A stretch of 64,000 nt of DNA from the human T2T-CHM13v2.0 reference genome, Homo sapiens. The stretch lies in assembly GCF_009914755.1 (NCBI RefSeq), contig NC_060925.1, one strand, 5' to 3'. The position numbers and the translations under genes are program-made. Under the pieces are notes generated by a model. That model searched no databases. It saw nothing but the letters and a program-made list of their open reading frames with translations, and was not told the DNA's origin. The stretch's first letter is position 1. Every line of letters begins with the position of its first letter. Below, piece after piece: positions 46,150-59,722 of the stretch.

Positions 46150-47670
46150 TTATTGAGACATTCTCTTTCATTCATTTTTGTAGTATTCTCTGTTCTCTCT
46201 CTCTTCTAGCCCCGCCTCGGTTTCCTTCATGGGTCCATCCTCTCCTCCCAGACATTGCACGTTGGCTTTCCTCAGCGCTCAGTCCTGGGCCCTCTTCTCT
46301 TCTCACCCAAATGCTCATTTTAAGTCATTTTTTTCACATCCACAGTTTTATTTACACCTGCAAACAACAATTCACAAATTTGCACATCTGATCCAGACAT
46401 CTTTACAGCCAATGATCTATTTCACATGTTCACATCTTGACATGTCCAGACTGAACTTATGACTCCTCCACTCCCTAAACATAGTCCTCCTACTCTCTGT
46501 CCATGAATGTGCCTCAACAGTCTGTTTAGTTTCTTAAACGTAGACCTCGGGAGTCATCTTCGACACCCCTTTCTCTCCCATCTTCCATATCCAATTTATC
46601 ATTGTCATACTAACTTCTCTTCCTAAATATTCTTCAAATCTGTCCACTTCTCCATATGTTCATTTCTAAAACTTTGGTCAAAGTTATCATCATTTTTAAT
46701 GTCGGATTCTGCAATAGTCAACTATCAATCACCCTGTATCCTTTTTCCTCTCTCGAATCTCTTCACCAACCCAGAGCTAGAAGAGAACTTTTCATGTGCA
46801 AATATGTATTAGTCTGTTCTCACACTGCTAATAAAGATATACCTGAGACTTGGTAAATTACAAAGAAAAAGAGGTTTAATGGACTCATGTTCTACGTGGC
46901 TGGGGAGGCCTTCACAATCATGATAGAAGGCAAATGAGGTTCAAAGTCACATGGTGGCAGGCAAGAGAGAGCATGTGTAGGGGACCTCCCCTTTATAAAA
47001 CCATCAGATCTCATGAGACTTATTCACTATCAGGAGAACAGCATGGGAAAGACCCACCCCTCATGATTCAATTACCTCCCACTGAGTCTCTCCCATGACA
47101 TGTGGGAATTATGGGAGCTACAATTCAAGATGAAATTTGCATGGGGACAGAGCCAAACCATGTCAAAATCTCATATTGTTACCCTACTTTAAACACTTGA
47201 AAGCCTTCCCATTTCTCTCAGGATAAGGACCAAATTTCTTCACATAAATTACATGACTAAGTGTTGTTTGCTCCTCCAGGCACGCCTGGTAGGAGGCTCA
47301 CTCTTGCTTTAGGTAGAGTGGCCACACTGAGTTTGCCTCTCCCTCTCCCACTCCTGCCCCACACATCCTTTAGATTTCAGCTCAAGTGCTGAATACTATA
47401 AGTATGCCTTTTCTTATACCCGGTGCAGGTGAGAGCACTGTTCATGTAAGGAACCACTTCTTGGCAGCACCAACCAGAGTTATAACTTTACATTTATCTG
47501 TGTGAGACTTTGTTTAGTGCCTATTCTCTCACTTGTCTATAAGCTCCATGGAGGTTGGGGACTGTGCCTTTGTGTGTGTGTGTTACTGTTTCCTTGGTTT
47601 ATTCTTGTATTTCCAGTGTGCCCTCTGACACCTCTAAGGTGCTCACTAACTTTCTATTAAATCGTTAATA
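46150..47670 (+). mobile_element. L2 fragments interrupted by a THE1 LTR
   Basis: CTCAGTCCTGGGCCCTCTTCTCTTCTC, CTCGGGAGTCATCTTCGAC and CTATAAGCTCCATGGAGG motifs; boundaries approximate. Confidence 0.55.
46805..47165 (-). mobile_element. THE1 (B/C-like) MaLR solo LTR
   Basis: TGTATTAGTCTGTTCTCACACTGCT ... GCCAAACCATGTCA; near-TSD AAATA/AAATC. Confidence 0.9.
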
Positions 47671-50600
47671 AATATTTACTAAGGTGTTTTTTTTCTTCCT
47701 CTGTTAAATAAGCTCTCTGGATTATTTTTAGTAAACATCCACATTTTATTCAGGCCTTGATAATTATGAGGTATTTTTTCCTCATGTGTGCATATTTTTG
47801 TCCTTGAATGTGAGAAATAGATGACAGGCTTAGTTCTCATTCTGTTTTGTATCATTTGGAATCCCTTCCACATGGAGGGCCTATTAACTTCAAAGGAAGC
47901 TCTGCACATGGGAAAGATACACAGGAAAAAAGTGAAAAAAACTAGAGCCCTGATTTTCATCATGGTTAATGGCCTGGATCTTATAGTGGTTTAGGTGAGT
48001 AAACTCTGAGAATAAACAGCTCACTCTTAGTGAACTCTTAGAAATAACTGTACATGTGGCAGAAATAATGCATATGCAGGCATTTGAGCAAATTCTGGGA
48101 AGCAATAAGAAGAGAAAAACATCTTTAGAAATAATTTTAAGAATCAAGATAGTGCGGAAGCCTAGTAAGCCACAGAGGCATAAAAAATGCCCTCATTATG
48201 TGAGCATGGGCTAATGTTTTGGAAGCGAAGCTCAGTGAGAAGAGGTTTCTGGTGCTTTTGCAGGGCAGAATGAGTAGACGATGATGAAGGCACTGTAGAC
48301 ATAGTCATTGTAGAGTTGGGAAGTCCAGAAAAAAGTGAGAAAGGGACTCCTTCAGTTGCATGATGAAGTTCTTTTGCGAAACAGTAACTTGGAGTTCTGT
48401 TTAATTTATAAAATCTTTGTTAGTTGGTTACAATTTAAACTTATGCCTGTGTTATTAGGTAGGGGTTGGGATTTACAGAGGAACCAGGGAAACAGAAAGT
48501 TATTAATTTTTTGGCAGCTGTATTTTAAAAAGTGGGGGTTTGATATGAATATTAAATATTGGTTCCTTATTTTCAATCAGTTTTTATTGAACACTATTAA
48601 TGTTTTCAGTCAATCCAGTCAGTTCCTTATTTAAAACAGTCAGGCTTCTTTCATCACAGTGATTTCCCATATACTACTTCAGAATGCTTTCTTTTTATGT
48701 TGTGCTGTTAGGTTATTTCACTACTAGGTTGCTTATAATCTGTTTCAGTTTTTTCAAACATGCTGTGTTCATTATACATTAAAGGGAATCTCAAGAAATT
48801 GCCTCTTTTAAACAAGCAATAATGTGATGCCAACTTACTTTTTTAATCACATGAGTATTATAGGAAAATAGGAAAAATACAGGGAAATGGAAGGAGGAAA
48901 TAAATAGAACTTTGTGTTTTACCATCAAGTTTCAATCATAGGTAACATTTTGATATATATTACAATTTTTTCCCTGTCCTTACAATAACAAATATAACTG
49001 AAATAATAGCATACATATAATACTAATAGGTACTAATCTAAATCCTTTACATATATTAACTCATATGATTCTCATAACAACTCTACATTATAGGTATTAT
49101 TATTATTCCATGTTACCTATGAAGAAATTGAAGCAAAGGGAGTTTGTTCCTTTTAACTGACCCAATGTCACCCAGGCAGCAACTATTGAAACCAGGAGCC
49201 AATCCCAGGTAGTCTGACTCTAGGGTCCTGCCCACTATTAGCACACCCTGGCAAAAATATTTTTCCCACATCATGTACTAGGCATTTTTGTTTAGCTTAA
49301 TTTAACATCAGAGGATTATGCCACAACCTGTTAATCAGTTTCCTGTTAGGAAAATGGATTGCTTCCAATTGCTTGCCATTAGATGCCATACTGTAGCCAA
49401 CATCGTTGTATGTGTGTGCGTTAAGGGTGGGGGCTCTGAAATCAGTCCACTAGAGAGGTTTTATTTTATTCAACTGCTGAATCCTCTAAGCGTGCTCTGC
49501 AAATTGGAGTAAAATGGCAAACAGTGCAGAAACTCCTACAAGGAAGACCTGTTTATTACAAACATGGATTTGTCAGTTAAATAGAAGTACAATCTCATTT
49601 TCCTCACCTATCGGGGAGGAAAATGTTCCTTCCCTCACAGAATTATTATGTGGATTAAAAGAAATAATGTGTGTGAAGCTCTTAGCATAGTGCTTGGCAC
49701 CGAGTAATATTTAGTAAATGTTAGCCATTGTTACTATTCCTGAATTTCTAAAAATGGAGTCAAATTATTATATTCTTTGCCTATTTTAGATACTTAGGAA
49801 ACTCTCATTTCCTAGAAGGTTAAAACCAGGAAGTAACATCCAAATGTAAAAAAGTCACTTAGCCAATTTATTCGTATTAGTAACAATTGATTTTGTAGAG
49901 TCTTGTAGAGTCTTGAAAACAAAGAAAAACAATCTTTCATCAAATATTTGATTATTTTGTGTCTCAATTTCACTATTCTTTAAATCCCTTCATATATACT
50001 TCATCTTATTTTCTTGTTTTCACAACTTCTTTATCTCTGTCATAGCATTAGTTCATCAGATGTGAAAATCTATTTTCTACCATATAGCTGGCCACTTACA
50101 AGTCACACCTGGGCATATTTGTGGTGGCCCTCACTTGTGTTTCTGGGGCCAGGGCACCTGGCACAGTACCTGATCCATCATAGGCATTCAGGAAATACTG
50201 GATGACTGACTGATAAGTGTCTTAGGTGAGAGAGACTTTTGAACACTTTCCTGAATTGAACTTGTCCCTGAAAACTGCAGGCATGACCCCCTTCCTTCCA
50301 CTGTTAGAGCATACACCCTCTGTGGGCAGGCGAGTTCCCTTGATGAATGGGGGCAAGAATGGCAGAAAGATAGGCCCAGGACTACACTTCCCTTTTTGTC
50401 CATCCAGATCAATGTGAGAAGTCACTTTACTCCTCCTGGGGAGGACTGAGTGAGGAAACAACAAGAGTGCCTCTCCATTCCTCAACCCTCAGCGGTATTG
50501 CTCCATCTTCTCCCACCTTTTATTCCATTGAGTTTAATCCTTATTCTGGTGGCCAACCAGGGCTGTGGCTATCCCTCTTTGAGGTAAGAAGTCAAAGCTC

Positions 50601-53479
50601 TATCAGTTCTGCTTCTACCTTCTTGATATCACTCCCCCAAAGCTAATCATGGCTCCTATGGGCATCCTCTTAGCACCACTAGTGGACAGAAAGTTCTGAG
50701 AGGGGTCAAAGCAGTGCATTTGTAGAGTCCACTTCAAGGCCAGCCTATGTACAAGGTTACACGTTTGCTCCTTATTTCTTGTTTCAAATTATGTTCAGAC
50801 ATGCTGTTTCTATAGCTTATCAGAAATTCTGCAATGATCAAATGAAATAATATACATTAATAATAAAATATCAACAAACTAGACATGGGAATTTTGTGAG
50901 CCCCCTCCTCAATGTGAATATGAATCCTCTCCTACTGTGAAGTTCCTAGATACAAAAGTTCAAGAATTACATTCCCAAAGGTGTTTTTAAGAAGTTAGCT
51001 TTGCCACCATGCATTTACCGTCAAGGGGGAAAGCCATCTATGTGCATACTCTTGGAGAAGGACACTTGAAACATGGCCGTCTATTGCAAAATTCAGGAAT
51101 TTGCAGGGACCACAGCTCCAGTTACCCACCAGGATATTTTTTAGTTGCCTTCCTTTTCCATACAGCATATTCAAAACCTCCTAATTTTTACTTTCCTTTT
51201 TCCTTTGCATTTCTCCTCCTGCCTCCTGTTACAAAATTTACTGGTCTAAGAAGCCTAGGCTTCCTGAGGAGACATTCTCCCCTCTATCTCATTAATCCAG
51301 AGCCAGCTGGAAAGCATGTGCTTAGGAGAAGAGTGAGTGGGGTGGGAGAGACCCTTAAGTCTGTAAATAAGCCACACCAGTTAAGGTTAGCTCTCCACAG
51401 TTCCCTTCTTGCCCTGGCCCAGAGCACGGAATGGCACTGATGGCAGCTGATCTAACCCTTCCTTCCTAGGCCTGGCTCTGACAGGTTAATACTAGAACCT
51501 ATAGAGTGCATTGTGGTATGTACAGACCTCAGCTACCTTATAGTATAAAATTAGGAAATCTAGTTCACCTCTCGAGGCCTGCCAGGCCTGTAAATGGGAA
51601 GACTCTTTTCCCTATAGTTAAATCCCTGTCTCAGGCATGCCTTAGAAACGAGTCTGCTAGCCAAATTCAAGGACAAGTAACCTGTATCCTGAGGATGCCT
51701 GTGCTCACAAAGGTAGATCTTTCCTAACCAACTGGGTGACTGGACTGTCCATTGCCTTCGAGGAGCCCATGCAGCTCCCCAGCATTTGGCCAGGTAGGCT
51801 CCAAGGTATGTGAACTACCTTTATAGAAGCAGCTGCTTATCTACTGAGAAAGCCTAGTTATAAGCTTTTGTAATCTACCAAGATCAAACTATCTAACGGT
51901 GCATGGATTATAACCTTTATCTAGGCTGCAGCAGTTAAAAAAAAAGACAGCTGCATAGCTGAAAAAAACTTGCATGGTCGACCATAAGTGAGATCAAGGT
52001 CAAACCCCCTGCTCACAGGGTTCAAGACCTTGGCCACACTAGAAGTCTTCCACATGTACTTTTGTCTTCCCATGATTTTATTCCTTGTCTCTGTATTGAT
52101 TTTATGATCCAGTATGTCAGCCAGATGTTGGGGTCTGAACTTACCCGTAACATACAGGTTTTGCTGACCTTGACAAAATCTGTTTTCTCATAGCATGGAG
52201 GAAACTAACAGAACACATATTCTCTTAGGGTAGGCTAATCACCAAGAGAAGAGGCTGGGCTGTTCCACTCTTCCCATTGCTGGTCTTGCAGTTGCTTTCA
52301 AAGTTTTCCTATTTGGCAAAAGAAGCTTGGGTGATATTTATGGGCAATAAATTTAAAAAAAACAGTTTGTCTCCTGCTGAACAAATGAGAACATGCCCTT
52401 TTAGCTCTCAAGGTCCTTTCTAGTCATGTAATTATGGGTTTGCTTGTTCTTGTTTACTCGAATACTCAAAACAGAATTTGATATTCAAATACTAAGAAGA
52501 TGTAAGTGGCTGTTGTAGTGGACATTAATAGATTTATTTTGGCAGTTTTAAATTTGAATATAAAATTAACATTTTATATTTTCTCTTTCTCTGTGAAGGG
52601 CTTCTACCACTAATCCTATTTGTCTTGGCATTCTTTTCAAATTTTATTTAGTCTTTGACTTCTGTTCCCACTTACTTTCCTTTTTCTTTTCTTTTTATTA
52701 ATTTCCCCTTATTGGTCTTACTCCTTGTGGTCTGACCATTTTTCCTGAATGTCTGCCTTTTCTTATCTCATTCCACTGTTTTACTTTGATTTTGCAGCTT
52801 CTCTCCCTCAATTCCTTAGTGAAAAGTACATTAGGAATTGTTCTTTCTAAAATCCTATTTTGAGCTGATTGTTATCAGAAAAACAAGTCCATTTGTGAAA
52901 AATGTGCTTCCTTTATTGTAAAAGAAAGGGCTGGGATTGGATTACTGCTTCTTAACCTTTTTATGATGGCAGCTTAATTGCTGACAACATCCAGTGCTGA
53001 ACTCACTTCCATGGGTACCTGGTAAGAGATGTGGGTCATGTTTCTTCACAACATGGCAGCTGTAATCTTCTTTTTCCCTTCAAATTAGAAAGCATATTGC
53101 ATTGCAAGTGATATAATGTCATAGGGATAATCTTAAATATATTCTAATTATTTGTATGTCCATTCTTTGAAAATTTTAACTGTTATTAGTAAAATTTTTA
53201 AATTTTTAAATTAAAATTAGTAAAATAATTGTCCTGTAGCTCAGTTGACTAAATCCACTGGACTAAATGATGTTTAATAAATATCCTTTTCAGCTACATT
53301 AAATGCTTCTAGAAATAGTGGTGCATCTTTGAGGAATGAATCTAATGGTGCCAGTAAGATCAGGCAATTTATTTAGCATCACATCAGCTTAAACTCTGAA
53401 AACTCCATTCTTGTCTTCGTTTACACGGTACCTGCTTTTTTTTTTTGACTTCATTGGACTCTTATTCCTTTTATCTTCT

Positions 53480-54102
53480 CATTTTCTACCTCTCCAGTGG
53501 CACCTCCTGACCTTATTTCTCTGCTTGACCTAGATTGAATGGATGATCACCTGAATTACTCTCTTGCCTAAAACCTTCAACATCGTTACACTTCTGTACT
53601 TAGGTCACCCGGATTCAGAAACTCAGAACCCTGGATCAATTCCCATTTATCATCTTATTTTCTACATCACGTGTGCAAAGTGCTGCTGGAAAAGAGAACA
53701 CAATTACGCTGATTGTGTCCCTGAAAGTTTGTTCTTTGTTCTCAGCTTTCAGCCATTTAAGAAAATGAATTCTAGTTGTACCCACTCTCACTCAACTACT
53801 GGTTGCCTCAATATCACTACCTTCAAGCCTCCCTTCCAACTTCATACTCTCACTCTCCCAGATAATTTTGTCTGCTTTGTCAACAGAAATGGCAAGATCA
53901 AATATAACCTTCCTAAACTTCCTACTCTGCTCCTCACGAAGGACTTACGTCCACCCTTACTCTCTCAACCTCCCCGGCCTCACAAGATGAGGCAGCTTTA
54001 TTCCTATTCAAGGCTAGACCCTTCTCTTTGCTGTTCATGTTATCCACTCCTATCTTTGTCCTCGTATCCTCTTTATTGTATCGCCAATCTCTTACTCTCT
54101 AC

Positions 54103-54146
<44 letters not shown>

Positions 54147-55100
54147 GAGGCAGAGTCTCTCTCTGTTGCCCAGGCGGGAGTACAGTGGTGCGATCTTGGC
54201 TCACTGCAACCTCTGCCTCCTGTGTTCGAGTGATTCTCCTACCTCAGCCTCCCAAGTAGCTTGGGACTACAGGCACCCGCCAGCATGCTGGGCTAATTTT
54301 TTGTATTTTTTGTAGAGATAGGGTTTCACCATGTTATCCAGGATGGTCTCGATCCCCTGACCTCGTGATACACCCACCTCAGCCTCCCAAAGTGCTAGGA
54401 TTACAGGTGTCAGCACCGTGCTCGGCCCTCTCTACTAATTATGAATCAATAAACATGCTCAATTGTTGCCCATGCTAAAGAAAGAAAGAAAGGAAAGAGA
54501 GAAAGAAAGAAACCTAAAACAAAACAGCTATCACTACCATCACCTCCTTTGACCCTGTGACCTATTCTGGTTTTAACTGTCTTCCTCTGGGAAGAGCTCT
54601 CCCCAGTCACTGTCTCCATTTTTTGTTTCCCATTCACTTTTCGACCCAAAGAACTCTGACTCCTTGTCCCACCACCACACTGGCATAGCTAAAGACACTG
54701 TGATGTCTGCATTGTACTGTCATATCCCTTTCTTGCTGAATTTGACACTTCCAACCTCATACTCCTTGAAATTCACCTTGGCTTTGGCTTCCATGATCTT
54801 ATTGCTTTTGTTTCTCTGACATTCCTTTACAGACTCTTGTGACTACCTCTGAAATGTTGATATTTCCCCGAGGATTCCATCTTGAACCACTGCTATTTTG
54901 CTTGGAGTTTTACCGCTACCAGTGTTTGTGCTGAGGACTTGCAAGTCTATACCTCCATCCTAATCTCTTCCTTTTGCTTCAGAGGTCAGATCACACTCCA
55001 TCTGTGTTTCCTACAGCTACCTCAAAGTCAGCATAGCCTTTGCTGAATTTGTCAACTCCTCCAGTTTCCCAAACTGGGTCTTTTTCCTCTATTCCTTCTG
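53480..55100 (+). mobile_element. Decayed L2 ORF2-region fragments around an Alu
   Basis: TGCTGCTGGAAAAGA, TTCAAGGCTAGACCCTTC and CTTGGCTTTGGCTTCCATGA L2-like motifs. Confidence 0.5.
54104..54427 (-). mobile_element. AluS (Sc-like) whose tail has become a (TAT)~14 microsatellite (54104-54145)
   Basis: Antisense dimer; TSD CTCTCTACT at 54095-54103 and 54428-54436. Confidence 0.92.
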
Positions 55101-55162
55101 AATTTTAGAATGGTTGGTTTTAAAAGTTGGTAGCTGCGATAGTTTCAGAATCATTCTAAAAC

Positions 55163-55460
55163 AGCACACAGTTCAATAAAAATATAATGTAAGCTACATA
55201 TGTAATTAAAAAATTTCTGATAGCCACATTAAAAAACAAAAGGAAACATGAAATTAATTTTTACAATGAATTTTATTTAGCCCAATATATGTAAAATACA
55301 TTTTGACATGCAATAATTGTTTTAAATTAATGAGATATTTTACATTATTTTTTGTATTAAGTTTTCAAAATTCAGTGTTTATTTGAACACTTATGGCACA
55401 TCTTAATGGAAACTAGTCAATAGGGCTCAACCACCATATGTGGTTAGTGGCTACCGGCTA
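55163..55460 (+). mobile_element. MER33 (hAT-Charlie)
   Basis: CAATAAAAATATAATGTAAGCTACATATGTAATT...TAGCCACATTAAAA...ATGTGGTTAGTGGCTACC. Confidence 0.8.
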
Positions 55461-55989
55461 CACTATCACCTACTTCTGTCTTTCCCCCTCACTAATCCCA
55501 CTCTCATTCACTCATAAATCCTGTTGATTTTACCTCCTAGATATTTCTTCAGTAGGTTCATTTCCTTTTAACTTTATACATCATGGCTTTAATTCATATC
55601 CTGGCCATATTTCACTTGGGTTATTGCAATGGGTTTTATAACCTAGTTTCTCTGTTCCAGGGAGCATGCAAGATCCATTGAAACGCAGGTACTATAGTAA
55701 GATATCTACTGATACGTAGTTTTAACGAGAAAATAAGAAAGCTCAGATTCATATTTAATATTTATTTATTATACATACTGATGCCAGCACCCTTGCTCTG
55801 CATCTCTGATACAATGAAATAACTAGTATATTTTCATTGAGTGGTATGATTAGCATGCTACTTGTAAGCCCTGGTAGGGTGGGTAATGGTCTTAGTGTGA
55901 AATAATTTAACCAGCTCCTTCTTACTCAAAACTATTAAATAGATGTGATCATTTACTCTATGGAAAATAAAGTTTGATTGTATGTGTGC

Positions 55990-56164
55990 ATGCACGGGCT
56001 TCAAGCTTCATTGTGAATAAGAATCACCTTGGCAACATATTTAAATGTAGATTTTTGGGTTTCATATATATACATTCTCATTCATTTGGAATGGTAGGTG
56101 GCCCAGGAATCTGTATTTTTATAAAGCATTTGAATGATTGTAATATAACTGGTAGAAACCATAC
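55990..56164. mobile_element. MER5A-like fragment interrupted by a THE1 LTR
   Basis: AGAATCACCTTGG...GGCCCAGGAATCTGTATTTTTATAAAGC. Confidence 0.6.
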
Positions 56165-56530
56165 TGTATTAGTCTGTCTTCATGCTGCTGATAAAGACAT
56201 ACCCGAGACTGGGAAGAAAAAGAAAAAGAGGTTTAATGGACTTACAGTTCCACATGGCTGGGGAGGCCTCACAATCATGGTGGAAGGCAAAGAGAGACAA
56301 GTCACGTCTTACATGGATGGCAGCAGACAAAAAGAGAGCTTGTGCAGGGAAACTTCCATTTTTATTCCATCAGGTCTTGTGAGACTCATTTACTATCACG
56401 AGAACAGTGCAGGAAAGATCTTCCCCCATAATTCAGTTACCTCCCACCAGTTTCCTCCCATGACACATGGGAATTGTGGGAGTTAAAAGTTAAGATGAGA
56501 TTTGGGTGGGGACATAGCTAAACTATATCA
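56165..56530 (-). mobile_element. THE1B-like MaLR solo LTR
   Basis: TGTATTAGTCTGTCTTCATGCTGCTGATAAAGACATACCCGAGACTGGG ... AAACTATATCA. Confidence 0.9.
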
Positions 56531-57894
56531 CTATACTATACTATCACTATACTTTGAGTATTAGTCTGTTCTTTGTGAAGTAGAGAGTTAAAAAGCCGTG
56601 GAGAAAAGTGCATTAGCCCAGACTGGAGAGGGATGCTAAATGGGGGTTATAAAAGCAACAGCACACTGAAATGGAAATTGGGCACCAAGGCAATGCTGAA
56701 ACAGGGAATCAAGGGCGACAGGGGCTGGAAATATGGAGAGAGGCTTGGAAGACAGTGATGAGAACCGTGGTCTATTCCATAATTTTCTCTGGGATTGGCC
56801 TTCCTTCTTCAACTAGAAAAGTTAATAGCAATATAAAAATGAAATCTGATTATTAGGGTATTTTCATCTTCCTTTAGTAACTTACATTCATTAGTTTTTC
56901 AATAAGTAATTTTTAAACATTTCAGGATGTCAACATATTGAGGAATTTCAGTGTAGGACAGTTTTTGACCTTAGAACAATATCATCCAATTGCATTTAGC
57001 ATTTCATTTCTAGTTCTGTGACAACAAAATTATCTTGTATAGAGGACATGGTAAATGATGCCCTCTGGATAACAGAATTTAACTTCACAATAACTCTGAG
57101 GGGAAAAAAACCTCACATTTTTCCTTAAATTATATAAATACTTATCTATAAATAATTTCTGTTAAATCTATAATCCAAGTTGTTAATATTTTAAAACTTA
57201 AAACCTGTTTAAAAAATTTTATGAAGATGCTACATGTTTTGTAATATGGTAGAGAACAACCAGAAGATTTAAACTTCATAGGTTTAAAATTTTACAATAT
57301 GCTGTTCAAATTATAAATTAAGACTATTAAAAACTCCAAACTTTTCATTTTAGTTTATTATTTTATCTTTCTCCTTCAGTCAGCCTTATTTAGGACTAAC
57401 AAGGGGCTAACTGATTGAATTGAGTTTCTTCTTTTCGTCATTTGCTGGCAGGTCTCTGGTGGAAATCCTAATGGGCTGCAAACTAGGCAAACAAATGGGC
57501 CAGTAGGCTGGAAGTGGGGAAGGGACAGTGGATATGGAGAGTCTATTGTTCATCCAGTCAACTAAATATGTTTTAATTGTAGCAACAATGCCATAAGTAG
57601 GCCTGACACAGTCTATTAGTTTGCCTCACTTCATTCTTGTTTCAGTCACTCCACTTCAACCATCGATGAGTCTGAGATTTTTATTCCATTCATTGACAGG
57701 AGAGACTTCCCTTCACTCATCTGCACTTTTGGAAGATAAATTCTCTTGAATAACTCAATGGAAGTTGAGTTTGGAGGGAAAATACTATTTTTATTGCAAT
57801 TAATATCTTGTTTTTAACTTCTTAGTCCAAGACATCTAATCTCCAGTGGCTTTTGTTAAACTAAACACCTCTGCTGATTTCTGCTTTTTCGTAG

Positions 57895-58008
57895 GTGATT
57901 CGCAAGGGGTGGCTCACCATCAGCAACATTGGCATCATGAAAGGCGGCTCGAAGGGATACTGGTTCGTCCTTACTGCGGAAAGCTTGTCCTGGTATAAAG
58001 ATGATGAG
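57895..58008 (+). CDS. DNM3: Dynamin-3 coding exon (114 nt, first PH-domain exon; probably exon 14): [38 protein letters not shown]
   Basis: Acceptor ctgctttttcgtag|GTG, donor GAG|gtaagt; dynamin PH-domain start including the VL1 loop IGIMKGG; ISN and SKGY residues are DNM3-type. Confidence 0.98.
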
Positions 58009-59449
58009 GTAAGTCACAGAGAGTGATAAAGTTTTCTTGTTAAAGTATTTCTCATTTTAAATTAACTGATATTATTATACTATGCAATTTTGAGACACCA
58101 GTGGTTCTCTTTCAGTGAGATTAAGCTTGGAATGTTTGTTTAAAAAGGCACTATTATTTTCTTATAGATTTTAAATTTTACAATATTCGCCCAAATTTCT
58201 TTTTCTTTTTGTTTATTTCTTTGCTGTAACCATATGTTTGCTTACCTGAAGAAATGGAGGTAGGCATCAAAGTTGAAAACCTCCTTCTTTATAATCATGT
58301 CAATGTACTGGTAAAGTGAAAACAATTTTCGTTAAAGAAAGTGTTGAAGGACCCAAGGTAATAGAACATTTTAAGAGTGAAATTAATAATATTGATGCAC
58401 AGTTAATAAAACATGTTGGAATTGTTCCTGTGACATCTGTCTCAAATGAAAGGCTTTTAAGAACGTCCACATCGCTAGTCTTCAAGTGAGTCTCAGATCA
58501 TTGTTTATACAAATTTTGTTCTTTGAGAATTTGATATCTATGTAAAAGCATGAATTATGGTAATTATAGTGTTCTGGTTCATGTTAGATGTTAATAATTT
58601 TGGTCCTGTGACTTACTACTCATTTAAATTTGATAGCTATAAAAGTGCAAACAAAAAACTTATATTAGTCTTACAGAACCATTTAAGTGCTAGAAATCGA
58701 TACCATTAAAATGTGAGGGAGCACAGATAGAAATTAAACTATGTCTTGAAATTTTTAATAGCCCTGGTCTGACCTGATAATCTTTTGGTACTTATAATGC
58801 GGCATGCAAACATTAGATAAGGATACTCTGTGATAGCAAAACTATGTACAGGTGAGATTCTCAATTTCATGTGGCCACGAAGGGCATGTGTTCAAAGTTA
58901 AAAGTTTTTCCTATCTTGGCCTGACATCTTTTGAAAGCATTACCGGGTGCCTTTGTCATTCCTTGGAGGAAAAGTTTCATGTCTTATATAGCACTTTTCA
59001 TTTCTCAGGAGATCTGTGTGTAATAGTGTGTTGAAAAATATTGGATAATTGGTTGATTGCCACTAAACTTTCTGCAATAAGGGAAATGAAATCCTATAGA
59101 AATGTATTTAAATTTTTATGTCATTGACCATAGTCAAAAGTAGATTTGGTCACTGTGATAGTATGAGGGTTAGCAGTGGTTTCTTTCCTGTGCTGGCTGC
59201 TTAGCTATCTCTGTCATTCTGTGGGAAGCTCTAGTTTTAACATAGTTTGAGGAGCTCAGAGACACTTCCCTAGATGTAAAAATCACTAAATAGATGATCT
59301 TCTTTGCTGTTCAGTTGTAATAAGGTATTTCTATTAGATATATTTTCCCTCCAAGGATTTAGATGATAATTTATGTGCATTTAAATACGTGTAAACCTTG
59401 GGACCTTTCTCAGTTATACAAGGCCGCAGAAAATATTTTACTAAGGAAT

Positions 59450-59722
59450 CATAACAGTGATGGCTAGTGTTTTATATGTATTAATTAACTCATTTAACCA
59501 TATTCAGCCTTAACTACTACTATCCCTATTGTTGATGAGAAAACTAAAAATAAAACAAAACCTTTTTTTAAAAAAGTCTTTTCTACAGGACTATTTTCCT
59601 TATTGCAGAACATTTAGTCTTGGCGAGGATAACCAACTTACCAAAGTCACACAGCTAGTTGGTGGCAAAGCAGAAATTTGAACCCAGGCTGTTGAGCTCC
59701 AGAGCCTATGCTTTCAACCACA
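59450..59722 (-). mobile_element. MIR fragment hosting the candidate alternative last exon
   Basis: GATGAGAAAACT and AACTTACCAAAGTCACACAGCTAG...ATTTGAACCCAGG...CTCCAGAGCC motifs. Confidence 0.7.
59609..59617 (+). CDS. DNM3: Candidate DNM3 alternative terminal exon coding part: Asn-Ile-stop (3' UTR to ~59750 or ~60110)
   Basis: Acceptor ctattttccttattgcag|AAC ATT TAG in phase 0 after the PH exon; AATAAA at 59723-59728 and 60086-60091; consistent with my unverified recollection of a ~555-aa short isoform. Confidence 0.55.
   Translation, partial: NI

Noticed and set aside
53564-54315. 194-aa poly-Tyr ORF and 95-aa poly-Leu ORF
   Set aside because: Translations of decayed L2, the (TAT)n STR and an antisense Alu
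55974-56486. 170-aa ORF
   Set aside because: Chance frame through MER5A and THE1B sequence
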